Source of the DNA: Azolla caroliniana
Lineage: Eukaryota > Plantae > Polypodiophyta
Direction: 5' to 3'
Length of the DNA: 64,000 bases
NCBI GenBank assembly: GCA_043228905.1
Contig: JBHGNT010000020.1
Span: forward strand, 1,116,001 to 1,180,000
The notes beneath the pieces are model-generated. The model searched no databases. It worked only from the letters and a program-made list of their open reading frames with translations, and had not been told where the DNA came from. Of the stretch, positions 31,715-44,989 are shown piece after piece (the first letter of the stretch is position 1; every line of letters starts with the position of its first letter). The translations under genes were made by a program, and so were the position numbers.

Positions 31715-32870
31715 GCATATGGTGGGACTCGTTTGTCTCCTCTACAACAGCCTCATCAACAACCTCTTGCATATAGGTGATTTTCCCGGCTTGGTGTGCT
31801 CCCAAGGTGAAGAAATCAACACGGTGTGGTACCTTTGCCTTCGACCCATCTGCAACTTGCACGACCTCCAAGTATTCTCTGTGTTGCATTTTTAGGGTTT
31901 GATAATTCATATTCTATGTGCTACATGCCCAATTGGTATGTTTTTGTTTTCTTTGTGTTTCCTATCCGTGTGTTTTTATTTTGTGTGTGTTTGACATGGA
32001 TGAGTTTTTTTTCGACTGTTTAGGGTTAAAGTTTGTTTGACATGGCTTGTACATGCAACTTAGATTGAGTTGGCTATGATGATTTGTTGGTTGTTGATGG
32101 TATTTTGATGAGTTTTCTTCTTGTACATGCATATTCTTTCAACAAGAATAGTGAAGACTAGGACAATGACGAGAAGGACACCCATAAAGAAGACATTGGT
32201 GAAAGAGAAAGAGAAGACACTAGTGAAGGAAAGAAAAAGGACACCTATCAAAGAAAGCAAGAAGACACCCACAAGAGAAAGGGTGATGAACTCATCAACT
32301 CAGAGAAAGAAGATGTGCCATTCCATCATTCGAGACACACCTCTCGGATGGAGTTATTTCCTTCGAGCACGACCTGAAGTTTATGAAGAGTTGAGAGAGT
32401 GGTTGATAAAAACCTAGGGGTCACCACATCCCGATACAAGGCGAGGATTCCACATAAGTGGATTGAAGAAGGAATATGTGAACTTATTGAAGACAAGATA
32501 TGAACATGTTTATGATAGTAATCAAATTTGTAACAATGAGGTGGGCACTAATTTTGCATGTGCATTTGCATTTGAAGTTCAGGGTGGCATCAACGTAGAT
32601 TGGGAAGATTTTAATCGTCACCAATTAGAACATTATAAAGGGTCCTCTAGTACCAACACTAGTTTGAAGTCATCGGGAACCTCTCATGTGGATATTCCGG
32701 CTACAACACCTGTCCACCAAGTTCAATCCACAAAACTATAGGCCACTATGACTGAAAAGCATGAACAGATGATGGCCGGTTGCATAGCTTCTATGAGCTC
32801 AAGAATTCAAGCACTACTTGCTGATTTGGAAGCAGTTAAATTAGCTGAGATACAGGCAGAAAAGAAATGC
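31715..32870 (+). mobile_element. Fragment of an unknown repeat with a Lys-rich ORF; inverted copy of 34249-35060
   Basis: The same translation (TRRTPIKKTLVKEKEK...GWSYFLRARPEVYEELREWL) is found on the opposite strand at 34238-34636. Confidence 0.6.
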
Positions 32871-32874
32871 TAAA

Positions 32875-34248
32875 CTAGTATCGACTCCGTTTGCGGCGCA
32901 TTTTAAGTTATTAGCTTCTTTATCACCAAAGTTAGATAATGAAAAGAGATACATGACAAGAGTTCCCTACTCCAGTGCAGTTGGTAGCATGATGTATGCT
33001 ATGGTTTGCATGCGTTCAGATATTTCACATGCTATGAGTGTGGTTAGCAGATATATGGCTTGTCCTGGAAAATCACACTGGAATGCAGTGAAATGGATTC
33101 TAAGATATTTGTGTGGGACTTCAGACGCTTATCTAGAGTTTGGCAAGAGTAGTAGTTCTCTAGTTGGTTATGTTGACTTTGATTATGCTGGTGATCTTGA
33201 TAATAGAAGATCACTGACAGGGTATGTATTCACTCTGGGTGGAAGTGCAGTTAGGTGGAAAGCTTCATTGCAGCCCGTGGTTGCATTATCAACGACAGAG
33301 GCAGAGTACATTGCAATGACAGAGGTGATTAAAGAAGGGATTTGGTTAAGAGGCTTACTTGGGGAGCTCAGTTCTTGTTCGGACAAGATCGACATTTTAT
33401 GTGATAGTCAAAGTGTCATTCATTTGACTAAAGATCAGATGTTCCATGAAAGAACTAAGCACATCGATATCAAGTATCACTTTGTTCGTGATGTTATTTC
33501 GCAGGGTGATATCTTAGTGAAAAAGATTTCAACTCATGAAAATCCCGCAGACATGTTGACGAAACCTCTTCCAAGAATTAAGTTCAAGCATTGCTTGATT
33601 TTGATTGGTGTTGCCCATAATTAAGTTATTTGAAGGTGGAGTGAGACTACTATGAAATTCAAGTCAAGCTGGAGATTTGTTAAATGACTTGAATTATTTT
33701 TTGTGGTTTATGAAAAGCCACGTCTCTCAACTACATGAAGTATATATAAAGGTCCATGCAAAAGTTAGTGTAGTAAGGGCTATATATAAAGGTCCATGCA
33801 TGCATCATTATCATGCAAAAGTTAGTAAAGTGAGGGCTATATATATAGAGGTCCATGCATGCATCATTATCATGCAAAAGTTAGTGAAGCGAGGGCTATA
33901 AATATAGGCAACCTTAGTCATTTGATGAGAGACCACCAAGAGTTGTAGGCTTGTGAGATTTGAGAGAATTAGAGAGTTGGGAACACCATTTTAGAGAGAA
34001 AATTCTTTAGAGAGAATTGTGAGGTTATTCTCTTGGGTGTTAGGTTTAATTAGAGACCAATTTCTCTAATTGTTGTAAACTCTCTCTTACATTTTTTTAT
34101 AGTGGAATCACTCTCCTTTCCGTGGACGTAGGCTAATTTAGCCGAACCACATAAATACTCGTGTCATTTATTTCTCCGCTCCTATATTATCATATTATTG
34201 TCTTCTATTTAATATAATGTACTATTTGATCCGAGTGTCACCCTAACA
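32875..34248 (+). mobile_element. Copia (Tork/TAR-like) RT-RNase H end plus 3' LTR (33678-34248)
   Basis: Open ORF 32953-33624 ([58 protein letters not shown]). PPT-like ggagat precedes TGTTAA...CTAACA. The lineage call is from general resemblance only. Confidence 0.9.
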
Positions 34249-35575
34249 CATGTTCATATCTTGTCTTCAATAAGTTCACATATTCCTTCTTCAATCCACT
34301 TATGAGGAATCTTCGCCTTGTATCAAGATGTGGTGACCCCCGGGTTTTTATCAACCACTCTCTCAACTCTTCATAAACTTCAGGTCGTGCTCGAAGGAAA
34401 TAACTCCATCCGAGAGGTGTGTCTCGAATGATAGAGTGGCACATCTTCTTTCTCTGAGTTGATGAGTTCATCACCCTTTCTCTTGTGGGTGTCTTCTTGC
34501 TTTCTTTGATAGGTGTCCTTTTTCTTTCCTTCACTAGTGTCTTCTCTTTCTCTTTCACCAATGTCTTCTTTATGGGTGTCCTTCTCGTCATTGTCCTAGT
34601 CTTCACTATTCTTGTTGAAAGAATATGCATGTACAAGAAGAAAACTCATCAAAATACCATCAACAACCAACAAATCATCATAGCCAACTCAATCTAAGTT
34701 GCATGTACAAGCCATGTCAAACACACTTTAACCCTAAACAGTTGGAAAAAAACTCATCCATGTCAAATACACACAAAATAAAAACACACGGATAGAAAAC
34801 ACAAAGAAAACAAAAACATACCAGTTGGGCATGCAGCACATAGAATATGAATTATCAAACCCTAAAAATGCAACACAGAGAATACTTGGAGGTCGTGCAA
34901 GTTGCAGATGGAACGATGGGTCGAAGGCAAATGGAGCCAAGGTCAAGGCAAAGGTACCACACCATGTTGATTTCTTCACCTTGGGAGCACACCAAGCCAG
35001 GAAAATCACCTATATGCAAGAGGTTGTTGATGAGGTTGTTGTAGAGGAGACAAATGAGCATACATAAAGAAAGCACATCAACAACAAGAACAATGAGCAT
35101 AGAGGGGAAACAACAATCTCTGCATATACAGAGTTCAGAGATCGTAGGGAAACAATAATAAAAATCAGGCATAAAGGGAACAGAACTAGAATTATGCGGG
35201 GAAACAGAGAATCGAAGGTGGAGTGAGAGAGAGCAAGAGAGAAAGAGAGAGATAGGTAATAGATATGTGTTTCGATTTCTAACTTTCTGCCATTGTCTGG
35301 CTGACAACTTTGAGATAGAAGAGAGAGGGAGAGAGAGAGAGAGACTGACCAACTGACACATTCGAAACCTTCTCCAGGTCTACTTTCGTACAACTCTACC
35401 TAGGAGAATGAAGTTATAATTAATGTATTAAATACTGCCTTGGGACATTTCGATTGTGACGTATAATATCTTTGTACATTCGTATTGAATTTGTTGTTTT
35501 ATTTTTCAATTTTTTATGTTTATTTTCTTCCCCGAATTAGTACTAAATTTTTGGCCAAAAGTTGGTACACCGTAG
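34249..35575 (-). mobile_element. Putative DNA element with terminus CTACGGTGTACC and a Lys-rich ORF, truncated at the Copia LTR
   Basis: The terminus at 35575 resembles the one at 38961. ORF at 34238-34636. Confidence 0.5.
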
Positions 35576-35589
35576 CATGCTTCGACCCT

Positions 35590-36060
35590 TCAATAAATAT
35601 GAGTACAAGGACAATACTATGAGCAACCCTGATTTTGCTCAAGGACAGTACTGAGTACAAGACATGTACTTTACATTCTTCAATAAATACTAATTTAGTA
35701 CAGATACAACACATAGTACAATACAGTGTGTCCATGGAGAACACTCAACATAGATTAAAAGATAATTAGTACTAACTCTTAAGGACGGACAATACTATGA
35801 GTACAAGACGAGTACTTTACATCCTTCAATAAATACTGATTTAGTACATATACAACACACAGTACAATACAATGTGTCCATGGAGAGCAGTCAACATGGA
35901 CTAAAAGATACTTAGTACAAACTCTTAAGAATGGCCAATACTATGAGTACAAGACGAGTACTTTACATCCTTCAATAAATAAAGATTTAGTACAGATACA
36001 ATACACAACACAGTACAATGTGTCTATGGAGAACACTTCACATGGATTAAAAGATAATAA
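35590..36060. repeat. About 150-bp tandem repeat, about 3 copies
   Basis: tactatgagtacaagac..tactttaca..cttcaataaatac..atttagtaca repeated. Confidence 0.8.
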
Positions 36061-36263
36061 ACACAGATCCATGTGACAGGATGGTACTATGTGATCAATC
36101 AAGAACACTTAATATAATTACAAACATAATTAGTATGCATCCATCCATTTGAATAGTGTTGTGTTTGAATAGTTACAAACATAATTAGTATGCATGCACT
36201 AACACAAGACTTACTTCCTTAGACATTGCATTATAAGTACTAAACATATGGATTAAAAATTAC

Positions 36264-37932
36264 CTGGCGATAAAGTAGAACGATCGTGCCGCCTTAAACT
36301 ACGAGGCAACACCATTAGACCAAACCCAATGACGGTTAAAGCTAAACCCTAGAGACAATAAATCTGCATGGTGAAGCTTAAAACAATGTTGAACAAATAG
36401 TGTATCATGCTTTTTATCATTTGAAATGTAAAATATTGATTTCTTATGTAACTCACCGTCTTGTCTCCAATAGCAAATATGTACAAGTAGTGTACATTGA
36501 TCATTGTACCAATGCATTGATTGAACCTCATTTTGAACTTTAAATGTATAGTTTTCTACAAAGTCAATAACGGATACGATGACACCCATTGGTAAGTTAT
36601 TAATACATTCCTTGAACTGTGAATTTTGCCAATAACTCTGTAAGTTATGTGGAATGAAATCCCCAAGTTGTTTCTTAAATTTTGAGACAAGGGTAGTAGC
36701 ACATGTCTCCTTATATACTTCCTTGATACGCTTAGTTACAAGTCCCTGGCCAATATTTTCAGTCACATACTCTAAATATTTCCATTTCACAACATGACTG
36801 TTTCCCAAATCAAGCTCCTGCTTACAAAATAATGGTAGTGGACAAACCTTACATGTACTTAAAAGACATGTACGACGATGCCACTCACATGATGGTTCTT
36901 TTTCACAAACACAAGACCTCCATAACTCAGAAACGGATGCATAAGTCATGTTTCGTGCATTACACATATTATCCTCCCCATTTGGTCTACAAACCTCACA
37001 AGTGTAGACACATAATTGCCCGTGTATACCCTTAGAATCGGTATGCATTGCATTCACTCCAAGCCTTAACATGTCCATCTTCATGTGGTACACACAACAA
37101 CATGTATTCCTCTCATTTAATTTTCTAACATAATATGGTTTCAAACCTTGGAACTTGCGGAATCCAACAGTCAAGCTTGGATGTTGGTCTTTAAAGTTCA
37201 TGTACAATTTAGCCTACATCAACCAATATATATAGCAAACATTAATATACACTTGGTCAAAACAAAAATTTATGGAATGTAAATTGATATAAAAAAATGG
37301 AATACCTCTGTCATCTCCAAGAAGTGTCTAGGGTGAATCTGGTACTTACCCTGACTTATTCGTTGTCTACACACATCCTTCTTATTTGGTGAGACATGCG
37401 TATTTTTTGCCCAAAATGAATCCACTTTCTCAATAATCTCTTGAGATAAGGCATCGCATCGTCGTCTACGTCCCAACCCTAGCCACTTGAATTGGATTGA
37501 GTGCATATTTCGGCGATGTTTCCTCAAGTTCCTTCTTTGAATACCCAGGGCTAAGGCAACTTTAGTATCACTATATTTTTTTTCTCTCGCACCGTTCACA
37601 ACCATGTGTAGGGCTGCCCTCTTTGCAGCAAGTTTGTCTATGCTCTCTACACCTTTCACTAAGTCTAGGGATGACTTCATAGACTCTACAATCTCTTTTG
37701 AAACACATTGGTCCCTAAATTTTATTCTCCCCATGTCTTCATTCAAACGTTGATGGTGTAACACTCTACATATAATATCCCTACGATCCTCTTCACCAAA
37801 TCTCTTCGTTATTTCTACCAAATAACGGACTATGTGAAGAAACACTCGTCTCTTGGTCCTTTTAGATATACATGAGTTACTTGACAACTCACTCTCGTTG
37901 GGGATCCCCATTTGGTCACTAGATTTATCCAA
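36264..37932 (-). pseudogene. Sola2-like DDD transposase, spliced, 3'-truncated and inactivated
   Basis: Exons about 37932-37306 and 37213-36264 are joined by a phase-0 GT-AG intron. Motifs KPYYVR..TCCCVYH, IDF(V)ENY.FKVQNEVQSMHW..Q.TL, ISN(D)KKHD and VWS(N)GVAS*FK recall the DFxENY/SDG..QFK pattern I associate with Sola2 transposases. An HMM check is needed. Confidence 0.7.
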
Positions 37933-38151
37933 AAAAATTAAGTGTCTTGCGAGAGTAGTTAATGTTATATAGACTACACTAAGAAATCACAATCAAATGT
38001 TTTTTAATGCGGCCTGCAAAGTGAGAAATAATTAATTTCAGACATTAGAATTACGGATCAAAGATGACAATTAGCATTTCTTTATTCACAAATTTCTAAA
38101 AATGAAAAAATTTAGTACTGAAAATGAAAAAATAGTTCTGAAATTTAGTAC

Positions 38152-38410
38152 TGGAAAGGAACCTCCAATGGTGGATGGAGCGTTGAATCTGTGTGATATG
38201 TTGTCTTGATTTGGTGGAAGGAACCTCCAATGGTGGAGGGAGCGTTAAATCCGTGTGATATGCCGCCTCGATTTGGTGGAATGAACCTCCAATGGTGGAG
38301 GGAGCCTTGAATCTGTGTGATATGCCGCCTCGATTCGGTGGAAGGAACCTCCAATGGTGGAGGGAGCCTTGAATTTGTGTGATATGCTGCCTCGATTCGG
38401 TGGAAGGATC
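38152..38410. repeat. About 61-bp tandem repeat, about 4 copies
   Basis: Unit ggaaggaacctccaatggtggagggagccttgaatctgtgtgatatgccgcctcgattcggt. Confidence 0.9.
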
Positions 38411-39529
38411 CTCGCCTCAGTGGAAAAAGCCTCAAATCACCGCGAGATAAACTGCAATCGGTGGAAGAAGCAAGAAAATCGTTCTCGTAGAAGTCACTAT
38501 TGGCTGTTATAAGAGGCCTCAGAACAGTCTCTAATCCTCAACTTAAACCCTAAAACAAAAACCCTAACAAAACAAGAAATCCTCAACCCAAAACCAGAAA
38601 CCTGACATGGATGTCTGAGATATGCTCCCTAAACCCTAACAAACCTCTTACATTGGAGGAAAACCAGAAACTTGACATGGATGTCTGAGATGAAGAGCTC
38701 AGAGGGATAGAGGAAGAGGAGTTAGTTTGAGGGGAAGTGCTAAAAACGACGTGAGGGGAAAATAGCCCCCAAAATGGAAAGAACATCTCCTCACGTGTTC
38801 CCCCCACTCCTTGTCTTAAATGACACTTGTACTACACTCACCCCACTCCCCAAAATCGATTTTTTTTTCTCTAATTTTTTTCTCAATTATTTAGTACTAA
38901 CAGTATCGAAAGGACTGACATTTTTTGTGGCCAAAAACAATACTTTTCTGGTACACTGTAGCGTGGTTTCACCCTATAAATACATTATACTCGTGGGATT
39001 CACGAGTTTTCTATCTCTCTTTCTCTTTCAATCTACTCGTATTCTTATTTGCCTCAAATTCCTCACCATGTTTCGACATATAGCGTGGTGATGGCTTCTT
39101 TGTATTAGCTCGGTTCCCTTGCATCAATGTAGTTGACATAGTCCAGGCCTAGTTGATAGAACTCTATCGGCTTTCGGACTTGTCCTGATCTTCTCGGTGC
39201 CGATTTAATCGGTTCTTTGACTGGTACAAGTGTTCGGTCAACATGTTTTGAACCCTTGTTCAATGGAGATCTTGTAGAAGGATGTGCTTCTTCTACTTCG
39301 GGCTTGTTTGCCCATCTCGTTCCCATGAGGGAATCATAAGGTGCATGTATCGTTGTGGGTCCGATCGATTAGTTGGCATGTTACTTGTAGTTCTCTCTAT
39401 GAGTGCTCATTCAGCAGAGTTGGTCGATTCGCTAGCCGGTTGGAATTCAGCTTTTGGTATTTCATCCTCTAACTCGGTCGAAGAATAGCCAAAACTAGTT
39501 CTCTCTTGCTGAAGTCCTCAGGTTTCTTG

Positions 39530-40075
39530 GGGTATGTGCATTTGATCACATATGGATTCTGCACTATGCACACATTGCAGGCCTACTATATTACTTGCTG
39601 GGAAAGGAGAAAAGGTTCGAATGGAGACCGGAACACACCCAAGCCATGAAGAAGCTCAAGAAAACATTATGAAGGGCAAAAGCACTTAAGAAATTGAACT
39701 ATGATCGACTGATCATAGTAATGGTTGATACAAGTCCAACCGGTATTTGGTTGGGTCATCAACCAAGTCGATCCGGATGGTTCACGATATTCGATTTGAT
39801 TCAGAGCAAAGGTTTTAAACGAAAGGCAACACGGATATGCACAAGTTAAAAGAGAATTATGGGGAGTTGTGTCGGCGATAAAATCGGATCGGGATTATTT
39901 GATCAGAGCTGAAGTAGTTATCGAAATGGATTGTCATTTGATACTCGGGATGATGCGATGTTGCATGGTACCGGATGTGGCTATGCTAAGATGGATTGCA
40001 TATGTTAAGTTGCTTAATCCGGAAGTACGACACATTTCGGGAAAAGACAACACGGTAGCAGAAATGTTATCAAGG
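39530..40075 (+). mobile_element. Gypsy RT/RNase H fragment
   Basis: IVMVDTSPTG, Y.QVKREL.GVV and LRWIAYVKLLNPEVRHISGKDNTVAEMLSR. Confidence 0.75.
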
Positions 40076-41484
40076 GCACCCGGTTGATGTTACCAAACAC
40101 ACATCTCCTATGCCGATTATTCGGCATGCTCCTTCATTTCCCATCTTTCCAGATCCGAGATCTCCGGCTCTATAAGATGAGAAGCATCCTTTGTCGGGGG
40201 TCAAGTGAAATGATGCACCCAAATCGACCACCCATGTTGATTCTTTGCCGGTGAGGTTAACTTCATTTTGTTCACTAATAAACAACTCCTCTTCACTCGT
40301 GGCGATTGTTGAGGTGTTCCTTTTGTCCGGAATCTTCTTCGGCTCTGCACTATCAACTCTCCCTTTCTCCTTTCGGAAATGTAAGCAATTCTTTTGGAAG
40401 TGCCCTGGCTTCCCACAATAGAAGCATGTGGGCCTTCCCCTCGACTTCGACCTTATCCTTGACTTATCTCGATTCTGGGGACTTCGATTCCAATCTCTTC
40501 CTCAATTTGTGTCACTTTTTGTGACTAAGGCCTTTGGGTCGGCAATGGACTCTTTGTCCTTTCAGCGAGCTTCCTCATTTAGTAAGCTCGACTTCACCTA
40601 CTCTTGGGATAGATGCTTCCCTTCCAGTCTAGCGTTGGAAGGTAATGAAAGAGTACTTCTAGAGAGGTAGTTTGATTTATGAGACCTTGGAAGGCGTTCA
40701 AGTGCTCCGCCATGCTGGAGCCATCCTAATACCTCAGTCTCACTATCTTTCTGAAGACTGAGACTTTGTTTACGACGTTCTTGTTCTCGAACATGAACCC
40801 GATCTTCTTCCACAGAACTTCGGCATCTGTCTCCTCGTTGAAGTTGTTGTATAGACTCATGTCTATAAAACATCTCACGTATACCGCCGCCTTCAGATGC
40901 ATGACTTCCCATGTTGATGCATCAATCTTGTCTGGCTTCGTCTTGCCGTATTGCACCGGCAACCACAGGTCTTTGCACACGAGCATATCACGCATCTTCG
41001 CCTTCCACACTGAATAGTTGGAGCCGGTTAACTTGAACATTCCGCCGAAATGTTCTTCCATCACTTTTATACCGGTTTGTTAGGATCGTAACCAGCCACA
41101 ACTGGTTGCTCGTATACGTATTCGGGTGCAAGAAATGAGTAAGACAATGATCAGATAGGACCACGTGGAGTCCACAAACTACAAACCAAATCACAATGTT
41201 GACAGGTGACGTGAAATATGCGGAATATTACTCGGCCACAACCGAGTCTCAGATCGTGTCGTTTAGAATCGAACACTGAGAATGGGAATGGAGGTGAATA
41301 CGTACACACAGACAATATGAGAGAGGGTACACAGTATGTTTGCGTGGAAAACCCTAAATGGGAAAAACCACGGGAGTCCACAAACTCCAACTATCACTAT
41401 GTCAAGAGGAATACAATAGGGGGCACAGAGGCAACAACCTCTTGCTCACAATCTTTGTCTAGCGGCAGTTACAACAGATACTTG

Positions 41485-41562
<78 letters not shown>

Positions 41563-41719
41563 TACGCTTTGTACAGTAGTTATAACTACAACGCAAAGAA
41601 TGACCAACAACACATAAGTGTTTGCCCTAGGTCATATTTATACTAATATGACATTAGGACTATTTACAAGAATAGCCCCAATGGGCTCTCAGAAACATAT
41701 TTACCGATATGTCCCTTCA
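40076..41719 (-). mobile_element. Copia 5' portion: LTR (41078-41719), degenerate PBS, gag, zinc knuckle, protease
   Basis: KLTGSNYSVWKAKMRDML, CFYCGKPGHF and WVVDLGASFH. PBS-like sequence at about 41062-41075. TG..CA LTR with a CT/GA tract. Confidence 0.85.
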
Positions 41720-44700
41720 TCCGATGAGAGGTTCTCACCGGGCTTACTTGATTAAGTCCAAAGACGAAGCCCTTGAAATTTTCGCTCAATGGTTGTCCGA
41801 AGTAGAAAATTGATCTAACTGCAAGGAGAAGGCTTTACGGTCGAACAATGGAGGAGAACATCCCTCTAAAGCCTTCATCAAGTACTTGTTGAAAGAGGGA
41901 TCCGGCATCAACAGACCATTCCCTACACCCCGATGCAAAATGGTGTAGCCGAACAGATGAACCAGACCATTCAAGAACGAGTGACGGCAATGCTCTAGCC
42001 TCTAGTTAGAATTTTGGGTAGAGGCGGTGCAAACGGTTGTATATCTAATCAATCTGTCACCATTTGAGGCCATCATACTTCAAGTTCCATAGGCACTATG
42101 GTCGGGTAAGCAACCGAACTATGACCGGCTTTGCATATTCGAGTGTGAGGCATATGCACATGTACCATGGGAGAACTGAACTAAGCTAGCCCCCCACTCG
42201 AGAAAATGCATCTTTCTTGGTTACGGGATGGACAAGCATTTCGGATATCGGCTCTGGGACCCAAAGAACATGAAGTTGATCCGAAGTAGCAATGTGGTCT
42301 TCAATGAAGACTCAATCAGCACGGTCCGAACAAAACCTCCAACTAGCAAGAGAGTTAGATTTGACTATTCTTTGACCGAGTTTGGTGATGAAATACTTAA
42401 TGTCGAGCCCAAAGGGGCTAGCGAGTCGACCAACCAACCAGAACAAGCACTCATTGAGAAAACTCCAAGCAACATGCCGATTGATTGATCTAAACCGGCC
42501 GCGACATAGACAAACTAACACTCCTGTGGTAAGGGTGGATCTTCAACAGATGCAAGAAGTTTTTCATAGCGGATTCCCATCAAGATCTCAATCAAATAAT
42601 GGTTCAATCAATGCCGACCGACCACCCACAATAGTCAAAGAAACTAAACCGATGAATTCGGCAATCAGGAGATTTGGACGAGTTTGAAAGCCGACAGAGT
42701 CTTATCAACCAAGCTTGAACTGTGTCAATTATACGAATGTAGGCAAATTGTGCTCATACGAAGAAGCTATCATAGCGCCACATGTCGAAACATGGCACAA
42801 GGCCATGATATCCGAAATGGAATCAATTATGGAGAATGACCAACTGGTAGAAAGCCGTTGCCTTGCAAATGGGTAAATAGATACAAATATGTATCTAGTT
42901 CGGATCAACCCAAATACAACGTTCGGCTTGTCGCAACGGGATTCAAATAAGAACACGGAGTTGACTACGATGAGATCTTCTCACCTGTAGTCAAGATGAC
43001 GACCCTTTGGCTCTTACTAGGAGTCGTCGCGACAGAAAACCTTGAGCTTGAACAAACTTTCTTGCACAGAGATTTGGAGGAAGACATTTACATGTCTCAA
43101 CCAACAGGCCTCACGACGACAAGGGAGGAAGGTCACCTTGTATGCTAATTGAAGAAAAGCCTTTACGGCTTGAATTAGGCACCGAGAATGTGATATCAAA
43201 ACTTTGTCTCCCACATTTGGCAGCTTGGATACAACCGATCCAACTCCAATCCATGTATGTACGTACAAGATTTATCCGACGAGTCCAGGATATACCTAAT
43301 CCTTTATGTGGACGACATGCTCATTGCAGGAAGCGATAGAGCTGAAATCAAGAAGATAAAGCGGAAACTTCATGATAAATTATCGATGAAGGAACTTGGC
43401 GAAGCCCGAAATATCTTGGGCATAAGGATAGAGCAACATGGATAAATTCTCAATCTGAGTATATCCGAAAGATGTTGAAGCAGTTCAACATGGACAAGTC
43501 AAAGCCTACACTGACACTACTCCCGACATCAATCCGACTATCGGACAGAGAGTCTCCATCCACAAAGGTAGAGATAGAGCAGATGAGAAAGATACTCTAC
43601 GCATCGGCAATAGTAAGTGTCATATACGCGATGGTAGCCACCCGACCCCACCTTGCATATGTCGTAGGAGCTTCCAGTTGGTACATGTCAAATTGAGGGA
43701 AGAAGCACTAGGAAGCTGTCAAGCACATTTCTCATACCTTCGGGGAACCGAGAATATGCAGGTGACATTCAACGTGGATCATCTAACCAATGTCAAAGGC
43801 TTCACCGACTCCGATTATGCCGGAAATCCTGACAACCGAAAGTCGACTTCAAGCGACGTCTTTACTTACACAAGAGGAGCAATTTCGTGGAGGTCCAAAC
43901 TCCAAGAATGTATGACACTCTCCACAACAAAGGTCGAATACATTGCCACATCGAAGGTAGCAAAGGAAGCAATTTGGCTGCAACGATTGTCGGCTGACTT
44001 TTTGACCAAGAGTTGAATTGTCTGAAATAGTCTAACCCTGTATTGTTACTCACAGAGCTCAATTCACCTCATGCGGAATCTTGTCTATCACTCGAAGACA
44101 AAGTAAATAGAGGTGAGGTATTACCACATTCGGGAGCTTGTCACTGACCACAAGCTCGAAGTTTGAAAAGTCAATAATGAGGTGAACATTGCCGATAGCT
44201 TGACGAAGCCACTCCCAAATCACCATTTCATAGCACTAAGGAGAAAGACGAGACTACAACAAGCTGAAGAGAACAAGAAAGTCGAATCAGAGCAAGCAGA
44301 AGAAGAGTTGAAGGACGAAAGGGCCAAATGGTCCGAAAAGGCAGAATGGTCCGAAGGAGTCATAAGGTCGAAAAGGCCACAGAACCCGAAAAAGCCAAAA
44401 GGTTGAAAGACGATCGAAGGGTTGAAAGAGATGAAAGTTGATCGCATGACCAAAAGGGTGAAAGAGGACCAAGAGACAACTCGGTCGATTGAGTCGATGA
44501 GCTGATGAGTCGACCAAACGAAAGGTCGAAAGCTGAAGGCCGAAGGACCATAGTGCCGACTCAACCACTCCCGATTCGGGAATTAGTCTTCTAGCTTATA
44601 AATTCTAACTGTAATTCAAATTTTAAATTGTATTTAAGTTTAGAGGGGGAGTTCACACCTATATTGTTGTAACAATTAGAGTAGTCCTTCTCGGGGGGAG

Positions 44701-44967
44701 TTTGTTTGACTAAAAGTCCTACTCCACCCATTTGTATCTTCTTGGTGTGAACACTGTCTAAGGGAGTTAGGGCTTAGTTACCCTAAGTATAAATATGAGA
44801 GAACTAAGTCTTGTAATGTAGTTCGGTGGGATTTGAAATAAATAGTCTCATTCTTCTGCTCTAACTATGTAAGTATTTTTTCTCCATCTTTCTTGTGTAT
44901 CCTTGTTGAGATTAAATAGTGCACCTGCTATTCTACTTATCTACATGCTTGCCCATTCCCATTAACA
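41720..44967 (+). mobile_element. Copia integrase-RT-RNase H (degenerate), charged 3' extension, PPT and LTR (44703-44967)
   Basis: LRSNNGGE, QNGVAEQMN, KCIFLGY..GYRLWDP, YVDDML, GFTDSDYAG..RKSTS and NIADSLTKPL. PPT ggggggag at about 44693-44700. Confidence 0.9.
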
Positions 44968-44989
44968 AGATCCATATTAACATTTTGCA

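Larger units (their letters stand above)
35576..38961 (-). mobile_element. Sola2-like DNA transposon, 5' portion
   Basis: Candidate terminus CTACAGTGTACC at 38961, followed on the minus strand by a subterminal tandem array and the transposase. Confidence 0.55.

Noticed and set aside
38152-38410. Regular repeats resembling a CRISPR array (also 60420-60562 and 10134-10268)
   Set aside because: The units are contiguous tandem copies with no unique spacers, there are no cas genes, and the context is eukaryotic.
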